64,000 nucleotides of DNA from Candidatus Hydrogenedens sp. (GCA_049968235.1 JBMFRC010000004.1:190013-254012), one strand, 5' to 3'; positions 10,286 through 20,761 are shown, numbered from the stretch's first letter. Made by a program: numbers and translations. Notes: generated from the sequence alone by a model not told the origin.

Positions 10286-11755
10286 ATGAGAACAAATATG
10301 TTCTTTTATTACTTCATAACAGGATTTCTATTCTCAATAATCTTTCAACAAATAGGAATAACCGAAGAAATATATAATATAGGAAACCGACGAGAAATTT
10401 TTATTGATAATAAATTAATTGATAAATTAGAGAATATATCATTTAAGTTATGTGAGCCTATTCCTGCTGAGAAGGTTTTATATTTTGATAAACCGTGGGA
10501 GGGTAAACACAGTGGATATGTGACCTTAATCCATGACCAAGACATTTATCGCCTCTATTACAGAGGACTTCCTGTTTCAAAAGCCGATGGCTCAAATGCA
10601 GAAGTTACCTGTTATGCAGAAAGCACAGATGGTATTCATTTCATTAAACCATCTTTGGGACTCTTTGAAATAGCAGGTTCAAAAGACAATAATGTAATTC
10701 TTGCTAATGATCCACCTTTTTCACATAATTTTGCTCCTTTTATAGACGAAAAGCCCAACATTCCCAAGGAAGAACGATATAAAGCAGTGGCAGGGACTTT
10801 TGATAGTGGTTTATATACCTTCGTTTCCCCAGATGGAATCCGATGGCGGAAATTATCAGAGAAACCTATACTTAAAGGGGCATCATGGAAAGATTTTGCC
10901 TTTGATTCTCAAAATGTAGCTTTTTGGTCTATTTTAGAACAAAAGTATATTTTGTATTTTCGCACCTGGAATGGTCCCAATCAAGAATATCGTTGGGTAA
11001 GTCGAACAACCAGTTCAGATTTTTTAAATTGGGAAAAACCTGTAGTAATGGATAAAGGAAATGCACCATGGGAACATATATATACCAATCAGACAATCCC
11101 TTATTTTAATGCTCCACACCTATATGTTTCAATATCAGCCCGATTTGTCCCTGGATGTAAAGTATTATTACAAGAAGAAATAAAATCCATAGGGGTTGAT
11201 ATAGATTACAGTCATGATTGTTCCGATGTAATATTCATGAGTAGTCGAGGGGATAATATATATAGCCGATTTTTTTTAAATGCTTTCTTAAAACCTGAAT
11301 ATCCTTTAGAAAACTGGGTATCCAGAACCAATTATCCTGTGCGAGGCATTGTTCCTGCAGGTGATTATCAAATGGCTTTTTATATTCAAAAAAATTATGC
11401 ACAGGACACTGCATATATTCAGCGATATTTACTTCGTCTGGATGGTTTTTCCTGTCTTTCCGCAGGATATGCAGAAGGTATTATTACCACTGTGCCGTTA
11501 ATTTTCAAAGGGGATAATCTGTTTCTTAACTTTGTTACCTCTGCTATAGGTTATATAAATGTAGAAGTTCAGGATATAAATGGAAATTCCATATCGGGAT
11601 ATGAGTTTAGTAATTCCATACCGTTGAAAGGAAATCGGATTAATTTCAAAGTATCATGGAATGATACTAATAATTTATCTTCATTGCAGGGAGCACCTAT
11701 TCGATTATCTTTTAAGATGAAAGATGCAGATTTATATGCAATCCAATTTAAGTAA
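10286..11755 (+). CDS. Exported hypothetical protein with BNR/Asp-box-like repeats; possibly a sialidase-like beta-propeller or glycoside hydrolase fold.
   Basis: Hydrophobic N-terminal signal. Three S-x-D-G/x-x-x-W/F motifs (STDGIHF, SPDGIRW, SSDFLNW). No catalytic assignment is possible from the sequence. Confidence 0.45.
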   Translation: MRTNMFFYYFITGFLFSIIFQQIGITEEIYNIGNRREIFIDNKLIDKLENISFKLCEPIPAEKVLYFDKPWEGKHSGYVTLIHDQDIYRLYYRGLPVSKADGSNAEVTCYAESTDGIHFIKPSLGLFEIAGSKDNNVILANDPPFSHNFAPFIDEKPNIPKEERYKAVAGTFDSGLYTFVSPDGIRWRKLSEKPILKGASWKDFAFDSQNVAFWSILEQKYILYFRTWNGPNQEYRWVSRTTSSDFLNWEKPVVMDKGNAPWEHIYTNQTIPYFNAPHLYVSISARFVPGCKVLLQEEIKSIGVDIDYSHDCSDVIFMSSRGDNIYSRFFLNAFLKPEYPLENWVSRTNYPVRGIVPAGDYQMAFYIQKNYAQDTAYIQRYLLRLDGFSCLSAGYAEGIITTVPLIFKGDNLFLNFVTSAIGYINVEVQDINGNSISGYEFSNSIPLKGNRINFKVSWNDTNNLSSLQGAPIRLSFKMKDADLYAIQFK

Positions 11756-11757
11756 TT

Positions 11758-11764
11758 AAGGAGG
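11758..11764 (+). promoter_or_regulatory. Shine-Dalgarno AAGGAGG, 7 nt upstream of the ATG at 11772.
   Basis: Read directly from the sequence. Shows that SD-dependent initiation is used in this genome. Confidence 0.7.
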
Positions 11765-11771
11765 TATAACT

Positions 11772-12845
11772 ATGCTTTATAAAGCATTAACATTACTTCT
11801 TGTTTTTTTCTTAAACCAACAAAACATTTTAGAAAAACCTCCTTTTTATAAGGATAAGAATAATTTGCTTTATTACATTGGAAATGGAGGAGAAATTCAT
11901 GAGATAACGAGTTTAAAAGAATGGGATATAAGGAAAAATCATATACTTCAAAATATGCTTCTTGTAATGGGTCCATTGCCAGACCGTTCCCATTTACCTC
12001 CTCTGGATGTGAAAGTTGAATCTACAGAGGATATGGGGTCATATTGGCGAAAGAAAATTACATTTAATGCTGAAAAAAATGATAGATTACCTGCTTATTT
12101 GTTGGTACCTAAAAATGTTAATGGTAAAAGACCTGCTATTGTATGTTTACATCAAACTATAGATATTGGGAAAGCCGGTCCTGTGGGTATCGGTGATTCT
12201 AAGAATCGACATCTGGCAAAAGAACTTGCTGAAAGAGGATATATTGTTATTGTCCCGGATTATCCGGGCTTTGGCGATTATAAGATTGATGTATATTCAA
12301 TGGGATATGCAAGTGCCACTGCGAAAGGTATTGGGAATCACCGTCGTTGCATTGACCTGCTACAAACAATGATTGAAGTGGATAAAGATAAAATTGGCGC
12401 TATTGGACATTCTTTAGGTGGACACAACACTCTTTTTTTAGGGGCATTTGATAAACGGATTAAAGTAATGGTTACCAGTTGCGGTTTTACCAGTATGAGA
12501 AAATATTATAATGGTGACTTAACAGGGTGGTCTCATAAAGGTTATATGCCAAGAATAAAAGAACAATATCAATGCAATCCGGACTTACTCCCTTTTGATT
12601 TTACGGAAGTTCTCGGGATATTAGCTCCCCGCCCCGTATTTATTAACGCCCCCATACATGACAATAATTTTGAAGTAACAGGTGTAGATGATTGCGTTAA
12701 TTCTGCGCAAAGGATTTATACCCTTTATAAGGCAGAAGAAAACTTAAAAGGAATTCATCCGGATTGTGGACATGATTTCCCCCCTGAAATCCGAGAAGAA
12801 GCCTATCGTTTTTTAGATAAACATTTAGGCTGGAACCCTAAATAG
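11772..12845 (+). CDS. Secreted alpha/beta-hydrolase fold serine hydrolase (dienelactone hydrolase/esterase-like).
   Basis: Signal peptide. Nucleophile elbow GHSLGG (GxSxG). Conserved downstream CGHD (His) region. Confidence 0.65.
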   Translation: MLYKALTLLLVFFLNQQNILEKPPFYKDKNNLLYYIGNGGEIHEITSLKEWDIRKNHILQNMLLVMGPLPDRSHLPPLDVKVESTEDMGSYWRKKITFNAEKNDRLPAYLLVPKNVNGKRPAIVCLHQTIDIGKAGPVGIGDSKNRHLAKELAERGYIVIVPDYPGFGDYKIDVYSMGYASATAKGIGNHRRCIDLLQTMIEVDKDKIGAIGHSLGGHNTLFLGAFDKRIKVMVTSCGFTSMRKYYNGDLTGWSHKGYMPRIKEQYQCNPDLLPFDFTEVLGILAPRPVFINAPIHDNNFEVTGVDDCVNSAQRIYTLYKAEENLKGIHPDCGHDFPPEIREEAYRFLDKHLGWNPK

Positions 12846-12846
12846 A

Positions 12847-15060
12847 TTATCTGCCTTCACTTCCTAATTTTGCTGTTAAATATTCCTCAAAAAAAGACTC
12901 AATAAAAATTCCTTTATCTTTCAATTCATAATATTCCCGCAATGCTTTTTTATAATTCTTTTCTATGAAAATGGAATCAAGAAGATTTTTCCATGACCGG
13001 TATTGCCCATTTTCACATTGTATAGCGGAATAGAACCAATTTTTTGCTTCTTCCTCATTACCTTGAGATAGTGAAATAACACCTAAGGCAATTCGTGGAA
13101 GAGCAATATCAGGATTTATATGGATAATAAAGCGAAGTTTTTCTTGTGTGGTTTTCATATCGCCGTTTATCGATGTCATTATAGCATCAAAACATAGGTA
13201 TGCCAATTTCAAATCTTTATCTAACAGAATCGCTTTTTGAAGGAAATATTCTTTATATCCCGGATTTATGTTTCTCTGACTTATCTGATAATATCTCAGG
13301 GATTTTGTAAGTGTGGTGATATTTCCCCCACTTTTGAGAGTATTATATAAATTCTGAAATTGCAATTTTTGTAATGGGTCATTATTAATCAATTTCTCAA
13401 TTAGATACATTGCACACTCTTTGTGATTGGTTTCGACATTGGCAAGGGCAAAATCAGATATTGTAAATTTAAGGGAATCATTTTCAAATTCTTTGCCTGC
13501 CTGATGAGAATATCCACCTCCTTGTTGGAATAGTACTTTATATAATCGGATAGGTTCTATACCGTATAAATCATAAGTTTCATATTGAATTTGGTTGTTA
13601 CTTAACAAACATTCCAATTCAGGGGAACCAAAATCGCCGAAATAAAAGGAGATATAAACAAACCATATTTTATCCGACAAACAACTTGATTTTCTTTGAA
13701 ATAGTTCATGAATAATTGGAATGAACGTGCTTATATCTTCAACAAAGGACACCGGTATTTTTTCATTTTTAAGATTAAATGTAAAGACATCTTTATTGAT
13801 TGCTTGATACACAAATACAGGGGAGTTCTCTTTATCTGAATTTTGTTTTTCTATAAAATGAACTGTATCTTGCCAATTTGTTCTTTGGGGTCCCGGAAGA
13901 GTAATGATTAATTGATAACACAATATTAATATCAAGAAGATTAATAGTAAATAACCAATAATTTTGTGCTTATTTATTTTTATTAAACTACCATAAAGCA
14001 AATATATTGCAAGGCTACAATATAAGGTATATCTTGGGAATATACATGGTCTCCATATAATAGACAGGACATATAATAATAACGGGGGGATTAAGATTAT
14101 TAACAATAAAAGAACTATTCCATACCTTAATTTTAATTCACTTTCATTATCAACATGCCTAAAAACAAACCTAAAACTTAAAATCATCACTATTGTAGTT
14201 ATAACCAATAGAGAAGCATCAAATATAGAATGTATATTTATAAAATATTTGGGGATAACTTCTTCTATAACTCTTACCTGATATGTCATTTTTACTGCGT
14301 CATCAGCAAATAAATCTCCAAGAAATTCAAATAGTGTCGGTATTTTAAACCAGGAAGACTGTTCCGATGAATAATAATGTATACTTGATATATACACGAT
14401 TGAGGGAATACTAATTAATATTTGAGATGCAATAAAGTAGTATTTCTTATAATCGCTTGTATAAAAAACATAAAATATCCATACTATTTCGATTATAAGG
14501 ATAATTACAGCAAAAGGATGTGTCCATAATAAAAGGATGTTTATTAATGTTAAAGTAATCCAATTTTTTCTATTACGATTCTCAGAATATAAAAGCAAAA
14601 AATATATGGACAGAGTAAACAAAAGTGTTAATAAAACATACATTCGTATTCCCTGTCCAAAAAAACGATGAATCGGAGATATAGCGAAAAAAAATCCCGC
14701 CAACAAGCCCATCTTTTCTGAATTGAATCTTCGACCTATAAGGAATAGAACAGGGATAGTCATTACACTTAACAGAATGGATAGTAAACGCAGACCTATA
14801 ACAGAGGGGGAAACATAATGCCAGAAAAGGTATTCGAGTATATAATAAACAGGCATAGTGGCAGGGTCATAAAGAGGATTTAAGAAAAGGAATTCCTTTA
14901 ATGATTCAGCATTAATATGCACTAAACTGGAATACTCATCCCACCAGACCGATTCATCTGAAATGTTATATATACGAATAACAAAAGCCAATAGGACAAT
15001 AAGTGAACAATAAACTAACACGTGTATTTTATGTTTTTTTTGTCCTTTTATTTTTTCCAC
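12847..15060 (-). CDS. GT-C fold membrane glycosyltransferase (PMT_2-like, subfamily B with a WWDEY loop motif) carrying a C-terminal TPR-like region.
   Basis: After the first TM helix comes WWDEYSSLVHIN (a DE motif in loop 1, typical of PMT/ArnT-type GT-C enzymes). Many TM helices follow, then TPR-like C-terminal repeats. Convergent with the gene at 11772, with a 1-nt gap. Confidence 0.7.
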   Translation of the reverse strand: MEKIKGQKKHKIHVLVYCSLIVLLAFVIRIYNISDESVWWDEYSSLVHINAESLKEFLFLNPLYDPATMPVYYILEYLFWHYVSPSVIGLRLLSILLSVMTIPVLFLIGRRFNSEKMGLLAGFFFAISPIHRFFGQGIRMYVLLTLLFTLSIYFLLLYSENRNRKNWITLTLINILLLWTHPFAVIILIIEIVWIFYVFYTSDYKKYYFIASQILISIPSIVYISSIHYYSSEQSSWFKIPTLFEFLGDLFADDAVKMTYQVRVIEEVIPKYFINIHSIFDASLLVITTIVMILSFRFVFRHVDNESELKLRYGIVLLLLIILIPPLLLYVLSIIWRPCIFPRYTLYCSLAIYLLYGSLIKINKHKIIGYLLLIFLILILCYQLIITLPGPQRTNWQDTVHFIEKQNSDKENSPVFVYQAINKDVFTFNLKNEKIPVSFVEDISTFIPIIHELFQRKSSCLSDKIWFVYISFYFGDFGSPELECLLSNNQIQYETYDLYGIEPIRLYKVLFQQGGGYSHQAGKEFENDSLKFTISDFALANVETNHKECAMYLIEKLINNDPLQKLQFQNLYNTLKSGGNITTLTKSLRYYQISQRNINPGYKEYFLQKAILLDKDLKLAYLCFDAIMTSINGDMKTTQEKLRFIIHINPDIALPRIALGVISLSQGNEEEAKNWFYSAIQCENGQYRSWKNLLDSIFIEKNYKKALREYYELKDKGIFIESFFEEYLTAKLGSEGR
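14728..15033. repeat. About 300-bp segment duplicated at 22608..22890 (roughly 90% identity, one internal indel).
   Basis: Direct DNA comparison, e.g. gatagtaaacgcagacctataacagagggggaaacataatgccagaaaaggtattcgagtatataataaacaggcatagtggcagggtcataaagaggatttaagaaaaggaattcctttaatga occurs in both copies. Confidence 0.8.
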
Positions 15061-15364
15061 AAGAAAGCCTTAAATCACAAGTTATAAGATAGAATTACAT
15101 ACTTACAGTTTAGCAATTGGGTGTTCGTGAATTCCATAGCCCCTTTGTAGCACGATGAATAAATATAAATGTTCAATATCAACAGGAAATAAGACATTTA
15201 TAAAAGTATATAGCAATAAGAAATAAGATAAAGCAGATAATATTAGAAAGCAAGAAGGAGAAATATATACTTGCGATTAAGTATCACCTAAATGCGAATA
15301 CTATTCTGCAAAAACGAAAGATGATTAAAGAACCGAAAGAACCTATAAAACAATCGTAAAACTG

Positions 15365-15983
15365 TTGTATCTACGCCCGAGGATGATAATGAAAGTAGAA
15401 GAATTGAGAAAACTTGATGATAAATCATCACGATCCCATAAACTACGAACCGTGTTCAATCTGAAGAATGACCAGAAAGCAGAGAATGTTAAAGCATTTT
15501 TAGATGAGTTGATGGCAGTCTATCCTTATCCAATACGAATGATACCGACCAATAATGGTAAGGAATCTACTAACTGCTTCTGCCGGGGTAGAAAACAACC
15601 CTCCGGTAAATATATCTTTGGGCACCTCTGTCAGAGACTCGTTATAGGATACTGACTGACTTTCCCTATACACCGGAAATAAATGGTTAGTAGAAGGTTT
15701 TAATGGTATAATAACAGAAATATTAAAACAACATTATTTCACGGATTACAAAAAGTCGATGGATAAATCAAACCAGTATACCTATTGTTATAATTATGTT
15801 CATAAACAACAATTATTAAACAACAAAAGCCCAGCAGAGGCATTAGGTAAATGGTATAATAAAAAATCTTTCCTTTTTCGCCCTCTTTTATTCTATCAAA
15901 TTACATCTTTTCAAAACCTAGCAATTAATTACTATGAGAAAGAAAATCAGACGCAAAGTTATCCCTCAAACCTATTAAACTGA
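15365..15983 (+). mobile_element. Degenerate IS transposase remnant (rve/DDE integrase core, IS3/IS481-superfamily-like). It is 5'-truncated and frameshifted, so it is a pseudogene.
   Basis: Fragment 1 reads ...IRMIPTNNGKEST (the DNG-x-EF region). After a frame change, a second frame reads LTDFPYTPEINGLVEGFNGIITEIL...YNYVHKQQLLNNKSPAEALGKW, matching the PQTNGxVERFN...YNxxRPHxaLgxxTPxE C-terminus. No intact ORF and no N-terminal HTH/DD region. Confidence 0.6.
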
Positions 15984-18249
15984 GTACTTGTTGATACCGC
16001 ATTTCCATTATCTTATTATTAGAGATAACAGGTTCTTTATGCAAAATCTTTCTAAGTTCTTGTTCACTCTTCCATTTATATGGGAAACAGCCCAAGGGAA
16101 GTATACATTGCGAATCTTCCAATTTATGTTTCGCAAAATGGTTTAAGTAATGAGCTGGACAAAAACCATAGTTCATCAATTTTTCAGATTCTTTGGCGAG
16201 AGATCTGTAGTCCTTACTCTTCAAAGCGTTCCAAATAGGTCTCATTGTATAGTAGAAAAATATATTTAACCTTTTGCACTTATTAAATACTTTTTCTGCC
16301 TCATCAGGATTAGTTTCCAAAAGAGATAATGCATATGGAAAACTTATCCAGGAGATAATATCTATTCCTGGCTTTAATAAATTTTCAATCCAGCAAGATT
16401 TCCCAATGGATATCCAATCCATAGCCACCTGAATATACGAGCCTCTTTCAGGTGTCTCGTCTGGATTTATATAGTGGGACAAAATAATCCCATCTAAAGA
16501 ATTTACCTCATTTTCAAAGCATAGTTTAAGGTTGGCCATCAATTCCTCAGGAAGTTCCTTTTTTAACCGAAAGTCTGAAGTTTTTCCGTCAACAATATTC
16601 TTAAGGTTATCTTCTACTCGAAACCCGAAATACGCTAAACCTTCAAAAAATGGAAATTCCTTCACAGTAAAATAAATAAGGTGATTCTCCTCCCACTCTT
16701 TCCTTATTGACGGTGCTAATATCCCATATTCTGTCCTCAGAACGACCCACACCGTATATTCCGAAGGAAGATGCTTAATAAGGTATACGAGGGCATCAGT
16801 GGCTAAATGGAGGGACCCCGCAGAAATTAAGACAGGCTCTTTCTGTTTTAGTCTGGAGCACCAGTGATAGTAAAAAATTGGTGTAATCTCCTGATGAGCA
16901 ATAATGAATATATCTTTACCGCTTACATCTTGGGACAAAAGGTCTGTGCATTCATTCCAGGCAGTATATGGCTTCCCTTGTTGATACATAAGATATTGAA
17001 GAAAAATATATCCCAGCACAACCAAAACCAATAATACCTTCAAAATTCTCTTAGAAGAAGCCCACCTAAAAACCAAATTAATCAGTAGCCCCCACCGAAT
17101 AATCAAAGCAGGCAAAAGAAAGCGGAGTGTCATTACAGGAATCTTTGACACCAGGGTAAATCCTACAAAAAACAATGGCATCAAAAACGCTAAACATATT
17201 AGCGTAAACTCCGGAAGTTCGTCATGTATTGTCTTATCCTTGATACGAGAAAACATCTCCACCAAAAAATAAAATAGTAGAATCAACTCAAAGACAACAT
17301 TCCCGCCCTTAAGGGAATAAACCAATATTTTGTCGACAGCACTTGCAATCATATTAGTAAAATCACTATAGCCAAAGATGGAGAAAATTAAAATTGCAAA
17401 CGATGCAAATCGGGGAACTTCATCATCATAAATCCCAAACACATAATTAAAAATAGTAAATAAACAAATTTGAGGTGTATATGCTACATTAGAAGGCATA
17501 GCAAACAAATCGAGATAAAGCAAAACTAAACAACCCATAAGTAGATTTAACAAACCGAGCATCAGAATTTTTTTCGACCTGTTATTGAGGAAAAAGTAAA
17601 TGATAATCCCCGCCTCAAAGAAGAGTAACCACATATAAATATAATAGGTCAGCAGTAATAAGAGATTTACAAAAATTAGGAGTAAACATTGAGATGTTCT
17701 TATTTCTCCTTCATTCCTTTTGATAAGATTAAAAAATAAATAAAGAGAGCAGATAGAAAGGGAAAAACCCGACGCATGAGGTCTTAAAAGCATACTGTAC
17801 CATAAAAAAGTTGGAATAGTAGCGATTGTCATTGCGGATAAAAAACAAACAATTTCATTCCGGAAAAAAATCTTGAATAATCGGTAGCCAAAAATAACAG
17901 TAAATATACTTGCAATTATAGAGAACAATCTAAAAGATTCCGGAGATATACCCAGCAACTTCACAAATATATAAAATATAGTCAAATAAACAGGGGCAAC
18001 TTCAGGTCCCTGCGTTCCCACCATTTGGATAAAAGTGTACAAATCCTGAACCTTCAAATATGCTACTCCCCAAAAATACTCATCAAACCATATAGAAGGC
18101 TTTTGAGATAAGAACAAAATTAATAAGCAGGTGAGAACTACAAGAATACCTATCGGCAAATACCTTTTTTTTACTAATATCAAAGAGTTATCCATACCTA
18201 TCTCCAAATTACATAATATCTCGAATTCGTATGAGGTCCATAATCTCAC
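15925..18249 (-). CDS. GT-C fold membrane glycosyltransferase (PMT_2-like, subfamily B, WFDEY motif) with a distinct Cys-containing C-terminal domain.
   Basis: WFDEYFWGVAYL after TM1, then polytopic. The C-terminal roughly 330 aa is shared with the 18209 paralog (…HFAKHKLEDSQCILPLGCFPYKW). Confidence 0.7.
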   Translation of the reverse strand: MRLWTSYEFEILCNLEIGMDNSLILVKKRYLPIGILVVLTCLLILFLSQKPSIWFDEYFWGVAYLKVQDLYTFIQMVGTQGPEVAPVYLTIFYIFVKLLGISPESFRLFSIIASIFTVIFGYRLFKIFFRNEIVCFLSAMTIATIPTFLWYSMLLRPHASGFSLSICSLYLFFNLIKRNEGEIRTSQCLLLIFVNLLLLLTYYIYMWLLFFEAGIIIYFFLNNRSKKILMLGLLNLLMGCLVLLYLDLFAMPSNVAYTPQICLFTIFNYVFGIYDDEVPRFASFAILIFSIFGYSDFTNMIASAVDKILVYSLKGGNVVFELILLFYFLVEMFSRIKDKTIHDELPEFTLICLAFLMPLFFVGFTLVSKIPVMTLRFLLPALIIRWGLLINLVFRWASSKRILKVLLVLVVLGYIFLQYLMYQQGKPYTAWNECTDLLSQDVSGKDIFIIAHQEITPIFYYHWCSRLKQKEPVLISAGSLHLATDALVYLIKHLPSEYTVWVVLRTEYGILAPSIRKEWEENHLIYFTVKEFPFFEGLAYFGFRVEDNLKNIVDGKTSDFRLKKELPEELMANLKLCFENEVNSLDGIILSHYINPDETPERGSYIQVAMDWISIGKSCWIENLLKPGIDIISWISFPYALSLLETNPDEAEKVFNKCKRLNIFFYYTMRPIWNALKSKDYRSLAKESEKLMNYGFCPAHYLNHFAKHKLEDSQCILPLGCFPYKWKSEQELRKILHKEPVISNNKIMEMRYQQVLSLIGLRDNFASDFLSHSN

Positions 18250-20458
18250 CGTATCGGGTTTCTATTTTTTGATTCACTGTTTTATTAGGCTCTTTAAGCA
18301 AAATATCCCTTAATCTACTCTCACTATTTGTAGTGAATGGGAAAACACCTATGGGGAGAACACATTTTGAACCTTCTAACTTATGTTCCGCAAGATGATA
18401 AAACACATAAGCAAAAAAATAACCGTCATTTAGGAGCCTCTCAGATTCTTTCTTCAATAATGAATACTCATTCTTTTTAAGGTATTCCCAAATATTGGAA
18501 AACACAAAAGCAAAGTAAGGATTTTGCCCTTTTAGTCTCCGAAATATTTCCTCAGCCACATTCTGATTTTCCAACTCTGATAAAGCATACCCAAAAGTTA
18601 CCCAAGAAGTTAGTTTCTGATATTGCTTTAAAAGAATTCTTGCCCAATCCGACTTTCCTAATCTTATAAGGTCGAGGATTATATGTATAACATTAGTCAT
18701 GCCTATTTCATCCCCAAAATCCCTATAGCGAGCCAATATAATTTTCTCTTCCTCCGTAAACTCATTCTTAAGATTAGCCTGGAGCAGGGGCACCAATGGA
18801 CTAGACGAGTATAAGGATTCTTCTACATAAGGCGACTCTTCCTTCACCTTAAGATTTTCCTCGACGGAAAATATATAACACAAAATCCCTTCCCAAGAAG
18901 GGAATCTTGCCAAGGAGTATCTTAAATTGTATTCATCATAAACGGCGGTCATTTTTTGTTCGAAACTTGGGTCCCACTTAGTATTGTATATAATGCATAT
19001 CTTATGTTCAGGGGGAAGTTGCTTAACCAAATAGAGGAGGAAATCCAGAGAAGTATCTAAAGAATCCGAGGTAAAGATAGAAGGAAACTTTCTCCTTGTC
19101 TTTTCCCGCCAATTGTATTTGAACACAGCACAATCCACATCTGAACCACAAATTATGATGTCATCTTCTCTGAGGTTTTCATTAACATATTGAACGCATC
19201 CTTCCCAATCCGTATAAATACTATTTGCTCTAAACAAAAGATATTGATGTAATGCCCATATTAAAATAACAGCAACAACAAACCACTTTAGTAGAACTTT
19301 TTTAGTATTCCAATTATTCAACATAATAAACAACCAACAGAACTTTGCAACATAACAAACTAAAATATATCGAGCCACCAGAACATTACCACCAGAAATA
19401 AAAGACCAGCCGGCGAAAACAATAGGGCATACAAAGGCAAGTAAGTATATAAATAACAGTTTTTCATCGAATGTCCAAAAGCCTTTTATCAATTTCCAAG
19501 TTGTAGCTAGGAACGAAGCGAAAAGTACCAACGCAATCAATCCGCCTCCAACATTTAAAACTACTAACGGAGCAACATCACATATCTTTTGAATCATCGG
19601 TGGAGGTACATTCGGAGCAATAATCGGCTGAATATAAACACTCCAAGAAACATAAGAAGGCACTTCAAAATTTCTCACCCCAAAAATTATTTCCAACACC
19701 TCCAAAAATGAGTAATTTAAGGGAAGTGCCAAAAACTGGTTGCCATAAAAAACATAAACCAAATACATAAAACCTAAAGAAAAAACTATCAGGTTGAGGA
19801 TAGTAGGAAGTAAATACACAAATTTATCTCTAATTACCCTTAGGAAAAGCAAAAAAATCTCAACAGCAATAATCCAAATAAAGAGATAGTGTGATAAAAC
19901 CATAAAAATATTAATTACAGGAAGAGAAAAAATAAAAAAAAGTGAATTTTTCCTCTCCGAAGACAAACAGCGAATAAGTAAATATAATGAGATAAAAGCA
20001 AACATCTGAACTATGGAGTGATACCTCAAAGAAAAGGCATTCCACAAAAATAGGGGAAAGGATACAAATAATAAACTCGCGGCGAGAGCATATCTTCGTG
20101 GTAACAAACTTTTTGCAATAAGGTAGATAAAATTGGCACTCACAATGTTAAAAAGAACTATTACCCATCGAAAAGATTCCACTGAAACACCTAACCTTCC
20201 ACAAATTAAATAAAGGAAAAAAAAATAAAGAGGAGGGCCCTGGGGGCCATAAGATAAGATATACAGATAAAAAGTAGTGAAACTCGGAACATTTAGGTAG
20301 TCTAACCCTCCTAAATACTCATCTCCCCAAACAGACGGCTTTTGAGCGATTAATAATATAAATGTTAATGTTATAATCGACAATAATAAGTGTTCAATAC
20401 TTCCTATCCGACGGGACAAGTTCCAATATTTACCTATATATATCATGTTAAAATCCAA
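18209..20458 (-). CDS. GT-C fold membrane glycosyltransferase (PMT_2-like, subfamily B, VWGDEY motif); tandem paralog of 15925.
   Basis: VWGDEYLGGLDYL loop motif. Polytopic. C-terminal domain homologous to that of 15925 (…HLAEHKLEGSKCVLPIGVFPF). Its 3' end overlaps the start of 15925 by about 40 nt. Confidence 0.7.
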   Translation of the reverse strand: MDFNMIYIGKYWNLSRRIGSIEHLLLSIITLTFILLIAQKPSVWGDEYLGGLDYLNVPSFTTFYLYILSYGPQGPPLYFFFLYLICGRLGVSVESFRWVIVLFNIVSANFIYLIAKSLLPRRYALAASLLFVSFPLFLWNAFSLRYHSIVQMFAFISLYLLIRCLSSERKNSLFFIFSLPVINIFMVLSHYLFIWIIAVEIFLLFLRVIRDKFVYLLPTILNLIVFSLGFMYLVYVFYGNQFLALPLNYSFLEVLEIIFGVRNFEVPSYVSWSVYIQPIIAPNVPPPMIQKICDVAPLVVLNVGGGLIALVLFASFLATTWKLIKGFWTFDEKLLFIYLLAFVCPIVFAGWSFISGGNVLVARYILVCYVAKFCWLFIMLNNWNTKKVLLKWFVVAVILIWALHQYLLFRANSIYTDWEGCVQYVNENLREDDIIICGSDVDCAVFKYNWREKTRRKFPSIFTSDSLDTSLDFLLYLVKQLPPEHKICIIYNTKWDPSFEQKMTAVYDEYNLRYSLARFPSWEGILCYIFSVEENLKVKEESPYVEESLYSSSPLVPLLQANLKNEFTEEEKIILARYRDFGDEIGMTNVIHIILDLIRLGKSDWARILLKQYQKLTSWVTFGYALSELENQNVAEEIFRRLKGQNPYFAFVFSNIWEYLKKNEYSLLKKESERLLNDGYFFAYVFYHLAEHKLEGSKCVLPIGVFPFTTNSESRLRDILLKEPNKTVNQKIETRYGEIMDLIRIRDIM

Positions 20459-20761
20459 TCATCATCATTATCATAGAGTATAAAACCCCAACTAAATAGG
20501 AGTAATATATGAAGAGAAGTTTTAACAAATCAATTCAATAGTACTATACAACAAATCGTAAATATCCATCTATAAAACTACTAATAACAACTAAGTTCAA
20601 AAAAATTTCAATTAGAGTGGTAAGAACATAAAACAAAAATCTGTCAGTTTGTAATGGTAGTATTTGGAGGATGAAAATTATAATACACGTTTTGTAGTAT
20701 AATAAAGGAATATATTGTGTTATGTTTGTGTTTTATTGAAAAAAAGGGTAAAAGATAGTTT

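Noticed and set aside
12310-12320. gccactg, resembling the B12 riboswitch box (noted because B12-rSAM and TonB genes are present).
   Set aside because: Lies inside the alpha/beta hydrolase coding sequence (ASATAKG). No B12-box or aptamer-like structure found upstream of the TonB/ExbB operon (37723-37812) or of the rSAM genes.
15365-15983. The two short ORFs at 15365 and 15759 taken as independent genes.
   Set aside because: They are fragments of one frameshifted transposase relic (see features), not functional CDSs.
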